A DNA stretch of 64,000 nt from Callorhinchus milii (Eukaryota): assembly GCF_018977255.1 (NCBI RefSeq), contig NW_024704743.1:101372001-101436000 (forward strand), in the 5' to 3' direction. The position numbers and the translations under genes were made by a program. Of this stretch, positions 23,586 through 35,305 are shown one piece after another (positions within the stretch are counted from its first letter, which is position 1; each line of letters starts with the position of its first letter). The notes under the pieces are model-generated. The model saw only the letters and a list, made by a program, of their open reading frames with translations, was not told where the DNA came from and did no database searches.

Positions 23586-24489
23586 ATTATAATTGTCAAT
23601 GTAACCTTCATGGCATAGAGTAACTGAGATGGCTATTATTGTGGCCTCTGACTATGTATTTGAAGAAATTCACAATGCACTGACCACCAGCCCTCAAGTG
23701 ACAGTGAGCGCTTTGCTTCAAATTCCAATGACCTATTCTAACTTTCAAAAGAATTTGGCTGGTCTGCTAACTTTAACTTGAAAGTTTAACAGCTCAAAGT
23801 TCTCAAAGGTCAAACAGAATAGGTTTTCAGTCTTGAAAGGAAACATGCTGGATATAATCTCACAGGAATGACTGCATATCAGAAGCAGTGCAAGAAAATT
23901 TCATTTGGAGCATTTGCCATAACCTGCCACTGATTTCTCTGTATGCTCTGCCAAAAGTCTAGTACTCTGCACACAACCAGACTTCAAGCCTACTCTGACC
24001 ACGTTTCAATACCCATAATCAGGAAGCCTTAGAGACAGGCAAAAATTGTATTTCTTAGCTGAATTGATTTCCTTATGTGTTTTCTTCAGATTCAATAAAA
24101 TGTCTTACTTAATTTTTCAACACAGAGTTCAGAAGCCGCTGCTAGCGAACTTGTACTTTTAGCAGAAAATGGCAACTTGCTTTTTTAATCAGCAAAATGT
24201 CCATATTATTGGAATTTCCTCCTGTTGCTTTTCTTGCAGAAATATTACCAACAGGAGAAAAATACCACTGTAGGGGGTTGTGAAGATCTGTCATTATTAT
24301 CATTATTGCAAAGATGGAATGACGAATGGTTAGGTTTAAGACATGTAAGCGCCCTGTGCAATTACAAAACCAAGGCGGGACCCATAGGTAGCTACAATTC
24401 GCCTCTTGATTATCTTTTATATTGTAATTGTCTTCATATTTACCACATGCTTTTCAGTTTGCTTCACAACTTCTCAAAATGCAAGGCAC

Positions 24490-25150
24490 TGTATATGAGA
24501 AGTAAAAATAGGAGACACATGTACTCCATTGGATGGGATAGAACTTGCCAAAGGGGATGCTGAAAGGGACCTGGTGGCAGCAATAAACAAGGCAAACAGG
24601 ATGCTAGGCTACATTGCTAAATCATTTTACTTCAGATCCCCAAATGTTAAACCCAAGCTCAGTATAGTGCTCTGGTCACGTTGCACCTGGAGTACTGCGT
24701 ACCGTTCTGCTGCATAGAGCGCTGGTCACTGTGAGATGCCCAGGGAGCTGCCCAGGCTTTGCGGCAGTGTAGAGGAGCATAACAAAGATAATCCACAGTG
24801 TTAAGGGAATCAGCTATGATCAGCAATTAGAGACGCTAATGCTCTTCAGTCTTGATAGGAAACATCTCAAAGTGGAAAGACCTAACAGAGGTATATAAAA
24901 TTTTAAGTGGGATTGAAAAACCCCGAACTGCAATTACTGAGGCAGCATAACAAGATTGCACAGGTTTAGAGCTGCAATGAGCAATTTCAAGACAAATACC
25001 GGGAAGTATTTCTTTACCCAGGAGATAATTAATGATTGAAACAGGTTACCAGGAAGGCTGGTTGAGAACCAGGATTCCGGATTCATTTAAAACAAGGCTT
25101 GGTGGTGTTATGGGAGGATGAGGGGAGCATTCTGAAAGGATTAGATCAAA
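24490..25150 (+). mobile_element. CR1 LINE ORF2 3' fragment, degraded
   Basis: Frameshifted peptides AAINKANRMLGYIAKS, HLEYCVPFC, FFTQEIIND*NRLP, typical of the CR1 ORF2 C-terminus. Confidence 0.85.
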
Positions 25151-25159
25151 TGTGCTGTG

Positions 25160-25587
25160 TTGTCAGAGATGCCTGGGTTAATTAGCTGAATTCTCACCTC
25201 TGAATCAGAAGGCTGTGGGTTCAAGCCTCAGGTCAGGATCTTGAATTCACATGGTCTACTTATTACTATTGGAATAGTGAAGAGAGTTTCTCCTTTTGTC
25301 CTGGCCAGCAATCCTGTAGATAAAATTAATCATTAATTTCATAGATGTTTGTAGGAGATTGCTGTACGCAAATCGGTTGTCATATTTGCCTACAAAATAC
25401 CCAGTCACTGCACTTTACAGTAAATCCTGTGAAGCTTTTTGAGATTTTCTCTGGATGTGAAAAGTGCTATATCAAGTGCAATAATTTTTATTTATTAGAA
25501 ATCCCGTGAAGCACTTTGCGATGTTTGGATGATGTGATAAGATGCTCTGTCAAATGGAAGGATTAGTTATCATTATTGTTATTATTA
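25160..25587 (+). mobile_element. SINE family B plus an extra tail
   Basis: ctcacctctgaatcagaaggctgtgggttcaagcc head, Deu motifs, two successive tails. Confidence 0.75.
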
Positions 25588-26505
25588 GCAGTGTTTTAAC
25601 TTTATTGCTACTACTAGAATATAAAACATTAAAGTGCTAGAGTGACTAATATTGCTATAGTTTAACCTTGGGATTTTGACTGCATCTAAAATCCGGATTC
25701 TTACTCTCTGAGGTTAAAAGGGCACTGGAATCCTGGGATAATTATCTTGTTTACATCCAGTCACCAATAATTCTCTCTAACACATGCTATACATATGACT
25801 CCAAGTAATCTCTTGCCAATCATTTTCTAGCAAACAAGCAGTAAAATAACGCTCTTAAAATAGATAGCATGGAATTTTCATGAATGAGATAAAATGTTTT
25901 ATAAAGTTACATGCTAGGATATTTGGAGAGAAATTCACCAAGGTCCAAATTTGTGGTATTTATGTAACATTTAAGAACATATAGAATTTGGCACATTCGT
26001 AAATCCAGTCTTAGTTTACAAACTGATTTTCTGTAAGTTTCTTTTAAGAGCTGCAGAAAAATTACTTTAAAGCTAAGAGTGAGTTGAACAATTGGCCAAA
26101 TTCTGAACAATATAAAATGCTACATAAATAGAGCAAATCTAGACCCAGGTGGACTTTCTCTCCAATAGCTTATAATGCGAAAACATGTCAGAAAGTGGAT
26201 TAAATAATGTAACCTAATCTTGCAAATCAGATTAGAACTCTGAAATCAGATCAAACTTTTTTCTTGTTATTTATTGTGTCATTTAAATCCTTCAATGAGA
26301 TTAACTCACTGTGAAATCATTATAACACATTGTGAAACCCTTTCTTTAAATCCATCTATATCTTTGTATTCATGGCTAGATCCTATTTTATATGTATAGG
26401 AGGGCCATACTTTAAATTCATTACACAGGCCACAATGAAACTGATAATAATGTGCACTGAATTTGCCCCAATACGTCTCTATCACAGTACACATCCAAAA
26501 CTTGT

Positions 26506-26958
26506 TTCAGCTTGGCTCAGTTGGTAGCGATCTTGATTTTGATCTAGATCAACATTTTGTAAATTCAAGCCCCACATCAGGACATGAGCTGATACTCAAC
26601 CTAAAACCCAAGTGCAGCATTGGCGATGTGCTGCATTGCTCGAGATACCATCCTTTCGATAAGATTACAAACTGAAGTCTCCCTGTGGATGTTAATATTA
26701 AGATTAATTTTAACTATTCAAAAAGAGAAGGGAGTTTTGCCTGGTGGATATGGCCAATAACCTTCCTCATTAATGAGATTATTTGGATTGGATTCCTTCA
26801 ATCCACGACTGTTTGTGGGACACTGCTGTGCGCAACTGACAGCCGTGTTTTGCCCACAAATATGCAGTCAATTCACTTTACAGTACATTCTGTGAAATGC
26901 TTTGAGACGTCAAGAAGACGTGAAAAGCACTATATCAAATGCAAGGATTATTATTATT
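26506..26958 (+). mobile_element. SINE family B, near full length
   Basis: ttggctcagttggtagc head, Deu domain, tail ...atcaaatgcaaggattattattatt. Confidence 0.85.
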
Positions 26959-27206
26959 CACCTCATCGCTGTCTTTGGGATCTTATGGCCAAGATGCCCG
27001 CCCTGCCGTATTTCCTAACAAAAACAATCACTACACCTGACTATATGGTGCTATAAAAATGTTAAAAAGTTCTTTTTTCAACACCCATATGAATTTGCCT
27101 TTTCTAAATAATATTTGAAATGACATTGAAACATAAAATATAGCTCTCGTAGTTTTCTTTTATGTTGCATGAATACACAATGCAACAATGTAATTTGCAT
27201 TGAACG

Positions 27207-27315
27207 ATAATAATCCTTGCATTGATATAACTCCTTATCAAGTCATTGAGATGTCTCAAAGCGCTTCACAGAAGATATTGTAAAGTGAATTGACTTTATA
27301 TTTTGTGGGTGAAGA
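27207..27315 (-). mobile_element. SINE 3' tail fragment
   Basis: ataataatccttgcattgatat...aaagcgcttcacagaa. Confidence 0.8.
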
Positions 27316-28377
27316 AACAATCACTATCTTTAAAATGTCAGAGCTTGGCATCTTTTGCAGGCTGCTGGAGTTATCATACAAAACCAAAACAGCAAGGTCT
27401 CTTTCAAAGAATGGCAATATGGTCACAGGGTAGAGAAGAAAGAGCCAGAGTTTCCACTTCTGATCACTAACTCCTGCTGAAAATGAATGTTTAGGATATC
27501 CTGCCAGGTTCACTGATGAAATATGGGCACTTGGAGGTATGTAGTAATGTGTAAAAGTTATCTCTACTGAAGCATGAATTGCTACCTTCAGGAGACAAGA
27601 AGTAAGTGAAGAAAAATAACAGAATGCACAATTCATCAATAACATACAGTACAAAGTTGCAATGAATCATCAAATAGCATCTGAGAAAGTAAAACAATTT
27701 CCAAGTTTTTTCCAGGGAAGAAAGGGTCAAAATAATATGCACATAAAATAAAAATGATTGATACAATAACCAGATGCCACCCTCCTCCTTACATTTTGTT
27801 ATTGCAAAATGTTCCCTTTTTCATATCATTCCGACGTTTGTGCCAAGATTGTAAAAAACGATGTATCTGCCGTGGATTCAATTCATCTTCTATTGGATAA
27901 AGTGCTCAGAATCTTGAACAAATGTAAAATAAATCATTTTTGGTAACATTAAGTAAAAATCTAATGCAGGGTTTTATAAAGGTGTAGTAAAAAGTGATGA
28001 GGTGAAACTGAATTAAATGGTCTGTTTCAGTCCAAGACTATAATTAACCATATTCATTTACAAGGCTCAAATCGAGTTTGTTCCGCATATTTGCCTCCCT
28101 GCAGACGAGAGTGGTTGATAAAGTTCCATTATGATATTACTTGAACATTTTTATGAGATTTCCCTTTAAAATCAGAGTCACCACAACACACAGCTTTGTA
28201 TATGGCATATAATGGCCTCAATTCTGCTGCATTTCTTATCAGATTTCTTAATTAAGAAATGCAAGTAGGGACTCCTTCCAGTAACTGGAGTTCATCACAA
28301 ATAATACTTAGACTTGAAGGAACAGCATTTGAAAATTAATAATATTAATCTTTGCATTAATCCAAACTGATATATCA

Positions 28378-28630
28378 GCAGTGGCTTGGCTCAGTGGTAG
28401 TACTTTTGTTTCTGAGTCAGAAGGTTGTGGGTTCAAGCATTAGGTTGCGACTCAGGATCACAGTCTAAAATGACACTCGAATGATGCCAGCCTTTGGATG
28501 AGTTGTTAAACCAAGGTCTAGTATGTCCGTTCAGGTGAACATTAAAGATCCCATGGCACTATTCGAAAAGAGGAGGGAGTTTCTCCCGATGTCTGGCCAA
28601 CAATCCAAATAATATTGGTCATTCACTCCT
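28378..28630 (+). mobile_element. SINE family B, 5' two-thirds
   Basis: gtggcttggctcagtggtag...tctgagtcagaaggttgtgggttcaagc...aaagatcccatggcactattcgaaaagag. Confidence 0.85.
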
Positions 28631-29384
28631 CAACATCACAGTCTTCAGTTTAACAAGAGTTGTTCCCAAAAACTTGCAAGTATTCCATTGAATATGGTTT
28701 GCAAATATCACAAATTAGATCCCATTATTGCAGCCCAGCTCATCTATTTTATGTTGATATGTTTAAAATGAATTGCATATTGCATATTATCATGTTATGT
28801 ATTTGCAAATAAACTTTTCCAAATGCTTTTTCACAAGCACTTTAAAAATGAAGAATGGTTTGTTTCAATTTACTTTTAGAGTTAAAAAATACAATATATA
28901 ATAGTGGTCATAGCAGAGCCTGATAGCTGGCCAATAACTGTCTCAGTTCCTCCACTATAACATGCTGCAGTATTTCAGAGGATAAGAGGCACCAGGGAGA
29001 CAGAGGAGTAAGATTCTCATTGATGTCATTTATCAAAACATTGGGGCCTGATTTGCAGGATTTCTTTAATTAAAATTTTTAGTGTGTTAATTTGTTTTTC
29101 TGATATTCTCCCCACTAGTGTATCCCTCTCTGCTCCTGGTCTACTTCCTCTTGTGAAAAAATATTAATCCTTACATTTAGTGTAGTGCCTTTCATGTTGG
29201 GAGAACAAAACACTTCAGAGGAAGATGCATTCAAGAGGAAACTGACCTTCACTTGAGGGAGAGAGGAATAGAAGGGTGTAGGAGGGAATAAGAAATGTGT
29301 GAAGACTTATGTGGAGCATAAACATCAACATGGATTGGTTAGCCTGTTTCCATGCTGTACATTCTTTGCAAATCTTTGTAGGAT

Positions 29385-29620
29385 ATACTGTAATCTGCAG
29401 TAACTCTGTATTTTGTGGGCGAATGCAGCAGCCAATTTACACACAGCAATGACCCACAAACAGCCATGAAATGAATAACCATTTTATATTTGGAGGATTT
29501 TTGGCCAGCAATTGGGAGAAACTCCCTTCTCTTTTTGAACAGTAACATGGGATCCTTAACTTCCACCAGATAGGTCCTCAGTTTAACATCTCATCCGATG
29601 GCATGTCCAACAATGCAGTG
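29385..29620 (-). mobile_element. SINE family B fragment
   Basis: Reverse Deu motifs: gcagccaatttacacacagc, catgggatccttaac, gtttaacatctcatccga. Confidence 0.75.
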
Positions 29621-29629
29621 GACTCTGTG

Positions 29630-29800
29630 TTGGGAGTGGGGTATGGTACCACAGGCCTTGATTACCCTTCAGAACCCCGCTCAAGTGACTATTATTCATG
29701 TGTGAGCCTTGGCAGTGAGTGTCAGCAGAACACTCGACTGTAGAGCGCATCACAGCTGAACCTGAACTTTCTTCACTTCATTGCCACACACGTGCCACAT
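29630..29800. repeat. Third interspersed repeat family (old, SINE-like), also at about 54400-54610
   Basis: gctcaagtgactattattcatgtgtgagccttggcagtgag aligns with gcctgagtggctgttctttatgtgagagccttgtgctgag near 54427. Confidence 0.5.
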
Positions 29801-30075
29801 ACTTTTATAAAACACTGGTCAGGCCTCAGCTAGAGTACTGTGTTCAGGTCTGGGCACCACACTTTAGGAAGGATGTCAAGGTATTGGAGTGGGTGCAAAG
29901 GAGATTTATCAGGATGATACCAGGAATGAGGGACTTCAGTTATGAGACAAGGCTAGAGAAGCTAAAATTATTCTCCTTGGAGCAGAAAAGGTTAAGAGGA
30001 GACTTAATAGAAGTTTTCAAAATTATGAGGGGATTCGATAGGGTGAACAAGGAGAAACTATTTCCACTGGCGGAA
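29801..30075 (+). mobile_element. CR1 LINE ORF2 C-terminal fragment, open frame
   Basis: YKTLVRPQLEYCVQVWAPHFRKDVKVLEWVQRRFIRMIPGMRDFSYETRLEKLKLFSLEQKRLRGDLIEVFKIMRG. Confidence 0.95.
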
Positions 30076-30549
30076 ATGAGATGTCCTGTGAGTGCTGGAA
30101 GCTCACTTCCTGTTCCCCTAACTTCAGTGTGAGCCCTGATGCTGAATTAAAGTAAAAGCTTTTTCACAATATCCTGTCCTCTGGGAGACTATCTATAATT
30201 TTCAACTGCACAAGACTGTCTGGGAAGGAGTTTCAGGTTAGTTGCTGGTTCAGTGTTGCAATTGTGGAAGTGGAGGATCAGCAGCCAGTACTCCCACATC
30301 ATTTCTGAGTGCTCACATGCTCTGAAAACCCAGCACAGGAAGAATCTAATGACTGCACTCATTCCAAAATGCAAGGCAGCTCTTGGTACCAGGAAATCTA
30401 TAATTGCAAATTGTGATATGTTTTCACATAGTTACTTGCCAGATATTGGGGTTAGGCAATTTTTCAAAAAAATGACTGTAGTAACCCCTCCCTGGCTTCT
30501 CTAGTTAATGCCAGGCTCGGAGAACACCTTTTTCTGCATTTCTTATATC

Positions 30550-30672
30550 ATGTTTCACCCACAAAATATACAGTCAATTCGCTTTACAGTATATTCTGTG
30601 AAGCACTTTGAGACGTCTCAAAAATGTGATAAGACGCTTATCAAATGCAAGGACTATTATTTATTTTATTAT
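30550..30672 (+). mobile_element. SINE family A, 3' tail fragment
   Basis: cacaaaatatacagtcaattc...atcaaatgcaaggactattat. Confidence 0.85.
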
Positions 30673-30786
30673 GTGATTCTGTCACTAGATAAGGGCTCTT
30701 AAACCTTGTAAAGAAACATCTCAAAGGGGATCTTGCAGACTGAGATATATAAGATATTTAATGGGACTAAGAAAGTTAAAGTAAAC

Positions 30787-31100
30787 CAACAACAACAAGA
30801 TTACACTTATATAGTGCCTTTCACGTCGGGAGGATGTCCCAAGGCGCTGGACAGAGTACAGTATTTCAGACCTGAGCTGGGGTTGGGGGGGTAAGGGAGG
30901 GAAGGGGAGTGGCCGATGGCATGGTCAAAGAGGAGGATCTTGAGGTAGGACTTGAAGGAGACTAAGGAGGGGGTGAGGCGGAATGACTGGGGGATGGAAT
31001 TCCAGAGGTTGGGGCAGAGTGGCTGAAGGCTCTCCTGTCAATGGTGGGGCGGGTGGGTCGGGAGACATGGAGCAGGCCAGAGCCGGCTGAACGGAGAGAA
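30787..31100 (-). mobile_element. L2 LINE 3' end
   Basis: (CAA)n tail then gcctttcacgtcgggaggatgtccc; reverse-strand peptide LRSAGSGLLHVSRPTRPTIDRRAFSHSAP. Confidence 0.88.
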
Positions 31101-31184
31101 CAGGCAAATTGGTAGATATTGAACAAAAGGCACAGATTCAGGGTTGTGAAAGGCAATAACAGGACGGACACTAGGACGTAATTA

Positions 31185-31500
31185 TTTTTACATTGGAACA
31201 GATTACCAGGAAGGGTGATAGGGACCAGGATGCTGGGCTCATTTAAGAAACAGCTGGATGCTGTAAAGGAAAGAACATAGAGTGGATGTAAGATCTTAGA
31301 ACCATAGAAATGTATGACACAGTGGAGGCGATTTAACCCATTTTATTGTATCAGTGTTTGCTTCTTCAAGAATTTTATTTCCTTGTTCTTTCCCCACACC
31401 CTTTAATTTTCTCTCTTTACATGTGCTTGTCAAATTCTCTTTAAAATACCTCCAATTGATTGGTTCCACTTCAAGCGCTCTGCCATTTCATAGCTGGCCT
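31185..31500. mobile_element. Two CR1 3' fragments, tail to tail
   Basis: tggaacagattaccaggaagggtg...tcatttaagaaacagctggatg (+) followed by tagaaccatagaaatgtatgacacag (-). Confidence 0.6.
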
Positions 31501-32354
31501 TTTAAAGTAACTATTATTTTCTTCCTGCTGTTTTACATTTTAATCCCTCAACTGAATCAGAGGCTTTCTTTATGTGTACCTCTCTTGTGGGTTGTGACCT
31601 CCCATTCCACCCATTATTATAACTTCCCTGAGAAGCACTGCCAATTTATATCAAATTGAGGACAGTTGTTTGCCTATAAAACACACAGTCACTAAAACAC
31701 TTTACTAAAACACTGATATAGCCAGTGAATCACTTTGAGACATCCTCCCAATGTGAATCAGACCATACCATATATAAGAATTATTTATTATCTTGGGCTG
31801 TGGATTTTTGCCAACCAATAACTGGGCTGAATGTTTAACTTCACATCACAAATGGTGAAGAGAAACGAGTTTCATCCCATCCGTCTGAATAAATTGAAAC
31901 TTAGATTCCAGCGGTGAAAGTTCAATGTGCTAACACATTGTGCTCCCACTTTCCTCTCTCTGTTCCCTCCCTTGCTATGTTATTTGTTCACTCGGTAAGT
32001 TCTCTATTAAAGAAAACCTGTAATTGGAGTTCCAAGCAGGGGAAGAAATATATCAATAAAGGAATGCTAGAAAGTGCTAACGTTTATGAGAAACAGTTCA
32101 CTAATAAACTGCTATAAGTAACAGGCAATGCTGATGAAATGTCCAGGTGTGCTTCCACCTCACTAATTCATCTGTACATCATTAGATGTACATTGTGTTT
32201 TTTACTGTAAATATTGCTTAGATTTGCTGTGTGTTGTAAGAGTATTTTTCTGCTCTGCTCTTTCCACCCTGAGTGAGAAAAGCATTATTATTCCATTCTG
32301 TTCAGTATCTTTTATGAATTTGTGGCAGTGCACTTATAAATAACAAATAAAATA

Positions 32355-32715
32355 ATTAAACTAGTTTTTGATGCAGTGTCTTATCACACTTCCAAAACTC
32401 TTCACAGGAATTTATTGCAAAGTGTAGAGACTGTGTATCGTCCACAAAATACATAGTTAATTCACTTTGCAGTATATCCTGTGAAGCTCTTTGAGATGTC
32501 TCGAAGACATGATAAGGCGCTACATCAAATGCAAGGAATATTATTATTTCTAGATTGTTGGATTGTTGGCTCAGACACTGGAAGAAACTCTCTTCTCTTT
32601 TCAACTTGTAGAATGGGGTCTTTAATAACTATCTGAACACAGAGGGCCTCAGTTGAAAGTCTCAACCAAAGAACCATTGACAATACAGCACTCCACCAGC
32701 ACTGCACAAGAGTGT
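32355..32715. mobile_element. Jumbled SINE fragments (-, +, -)
   Basis: Tail motifs in both orientations plus a reverse Deu segment. Confidence 0.65.
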
Positions 32716-33007
32716 GTTTCAATTGCATTATAGTTATTTTAAGGTCACAGTGACATATTCACAAATAGAGCGAAATAGCAGTTAGCTTATAGTGCTTAGG
32801 ACAAAATAATCGCTTAAGTAATTTTAAAGGTAAACGACTGAGAAACACCCCTGATCCGCATCCGCCATCAGTGCGCAAGCTTTCAGCCATTCTTCTCTCA
32901 ATCTCTGGAACTCTCGTCCCGAAGAGACTTCGCCTCCCCCTTCCCTACCTGCCTTAAGAGCTACCTTTTCGACCGTGCTCTCAGTTATATTGCAATATTG
33001 CAATGTT

Positions 33008-33721
33008 GAAATATTGCCAGACTTTGCCATCGCCTCACCCCTCAGGCTGCTGAAACCGTCACCCATGCATTTGTCACCTCAAGGCTTGATTACGGGAACT
33101 CCCTCCTCATCGGCCTTCCCAACTCTTCCCTTCACAAGCTGCAAATCATCCAAAACTTTGCAGCTTGTGTACTCTCGCACACCAGGATCCACGACCCCAT
33201 CACTCCCACCCTCGCCCGACTCCACTGGCTCCCCATCCCCCAGAGGATTGAATTCAAGATCCTCATCCTCACTTTCAAGGCCATCCATGGACTTGCCTCC
33301 TCCTACCTCTCTGACCTGCTGATTCCCTACCAACCTGCCCGCTCTGCGGGCTCTGGCCTGCTCCATGTCTCCCGCCCGACCCCCCCCCACCATCAGTGGC
33401 CAGGCTTTCAGCCTCTCTGCCCGCACACTCTGGAACTCTATCCCACGGTTCCTTCGCCTCGCTTCCTCCCTCGCATCCTTCAAGGCAGGTCTCATGATCC
33501 TTCTCTTCGACCGTGCCTTTGGTCGCCCTCCCACCTCTCTGCCTTCCCTCACTCCTACACCACCCCTTCCCCATGCTCGGGCCCCGACACCTGACTGTTC
33601 AGCGCTTTGGGACGTTCTCCCGACGTGAAAGGCCGAATGTCCTCCTTCTGTGCCGTAACATTCTAGGAATCTAAAAAATCTATGAAAGGCGCTCTATAAA
33701 TGTAATTTTGTTGTTGTTGTT
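33008..33721 (+). mobile_element. L2 LINE 3' fragment (ORF2 C-terminus, 3' UTR, (TTG)n tail)
   Basis: Translates HAFVTSRLDYGNSLLIGLP...LHWLPIPQRIEFKILILTFKAIHGLASSYLSDLL; tail gcgctttgggacg...gtgaaaggcgctctataaatg...(ttg)n. Confidence 0.95.
33634..33682 (+). mobile_element. 49-nt CR1 3'-terminal insertion with an 8-bp flanking duplication
   Basis: cgaatgtcctccttctgtgccgtaacattctaggaatcta..., flanked by TGAAAGGC at 33626-33633 and 33683-33690. Confidence 0.8.
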
Positions 33722-34949
33722 ATCTTAACCCTCCCCTGACTCAGGTGGCCGTGTGTGAAGTGCTTTGAAATGTCCTCCTAATGTGAAAGCTAAATAAATT
33801 GTTGCAGTTGACATGACTTTCCAATTGTTTATCAAAGTGGAAAAAATGTACCTGAAAAATATTACACCATAATGTGGTAGAGCTATCAGGTTGATGAAAC
33901 TACTGAGGAGATTTTACAGATTGTATCTCTGCTATAAGCAAGGACAATGCCCATTTCAAATAGCTATCATTTTTTCCACTGACATTTTTTGTTTTAATCC
34001 CTCCATTTGTTCTTGGATTCTAGAATTTGTGGCAAATGTTTCAAATATTTACTTCTGTCTCTCTGGGTTCTTACAATAAAGCATGATTGTTCCTCCACGC
34101 TGATGAGATTGACACATTGGAATAGGCACATATCGAGCAATGGTCTTTATTTTCAGAAATAAAACAAAACGAGTGGGAAACTTCATGGGCTTGTCTGACG
34201 TGTTTTTTTTAACTGAATGAACTGGTCATAAATTGTGCAACTGTGAGTGATTTGTGGAGGAGCAAAGGTCATGCGTGTAGATGTGTTTACCACACTGCAG
34301 TGATGATAAAAATGAACTTTGGCCTTGCACACAGCTCGAACATGAGGCGTGTATAAACAGGCACATGGGGAATAAGAAATCAATTTTTCAGGAATAGTTT
34401 GTTGTAGCTTTTACTCAGCAAACATCAAACCTATCTGTTGTAAACTGAATCCCACTAAATATTTGTCTTTGGTAATTGCCTTTTTTCCCCTAATAAGAAA
34501 AGAAAAAATTAAAAGGTGGAGTGAAAAATCGATTGAGTATTAACTCTTGTAAACCAAAGGGAGATAGCGTGCATTAGGTTCTGCATCTGCCCTTGACCAT
34601 TTGCCACTATGAAAATCTGCATCAGTCATCAGGGTTGCAAAATGACTGTTCACTTAACATGAGTGTTTACAAGTCAGGCTTTGCACTGCGCTGTTGCAAG
34701 CTACAGAAATGAAAATCAGAACTTTCTAAATGTCCCACTGTCCTTTATCCACATTTACACTGGAGTGATATGATGTGAACAAGCTGACTTGTTACCAAGG
34801 TTTATCGTATTTACACTACCCTAGAACTCAGACTTTTTTGAATCTAGTGATACAGACTAGTGAAGCGTGTCAGTGCAGTGATATCAGCCCTCACTGATTC
34901 CGAGGAGATGTGTGGAGTATATTGCAGACCAGCTTTGGTCTCCTGCCAG

Positions 34950-35305
34950 AATAATAATAATCCTTGCATTTGATATAGTGCCTTATCACGACTTCAAGAT
35001 GTCTCAAAGCGTTTCACAGAATATACTATAAAGTGAATTGACTATAGTTTGTGGGCAAAACGTGGCAGCCAATTGTGCACAGCAATGTCCCACAAACAAT
35101 CGTGGATTGAGTGACCAATTTATTATTCTTTTTTGGGGAAAGAATTATTCCCCCTGGAAAAGGGATCCGCCAATCGACTTACAACTGGGTTCCTACTTAC
35201 TACTAGGTAAACAGAGGCATGTGGAGTTAGGAAATTTGCCCTGCCGGGAATCAAACCCAGGTCTCTCACTTGTAAGGTGAGTGCTCTAACCACTGAGCTA
35301 CAGGA
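34950..35305 (-). mobile_element. Full-length SINE family A, long variant
   Basis: Same architecture as 22030-22404 and 48896-49284. Confidence 0.92.

Noticed and set aside
26685..27056. Recurrent peptides such as VCGTLLCA...QSIHFTV...KCKDYYY suggesting a gene family
   Set aside because: Chance translations of SINE copies.
32975..33628. Overlapping ORFs on both strands
   Set aside because: Alternative frames and antisense of the L2 fragment.
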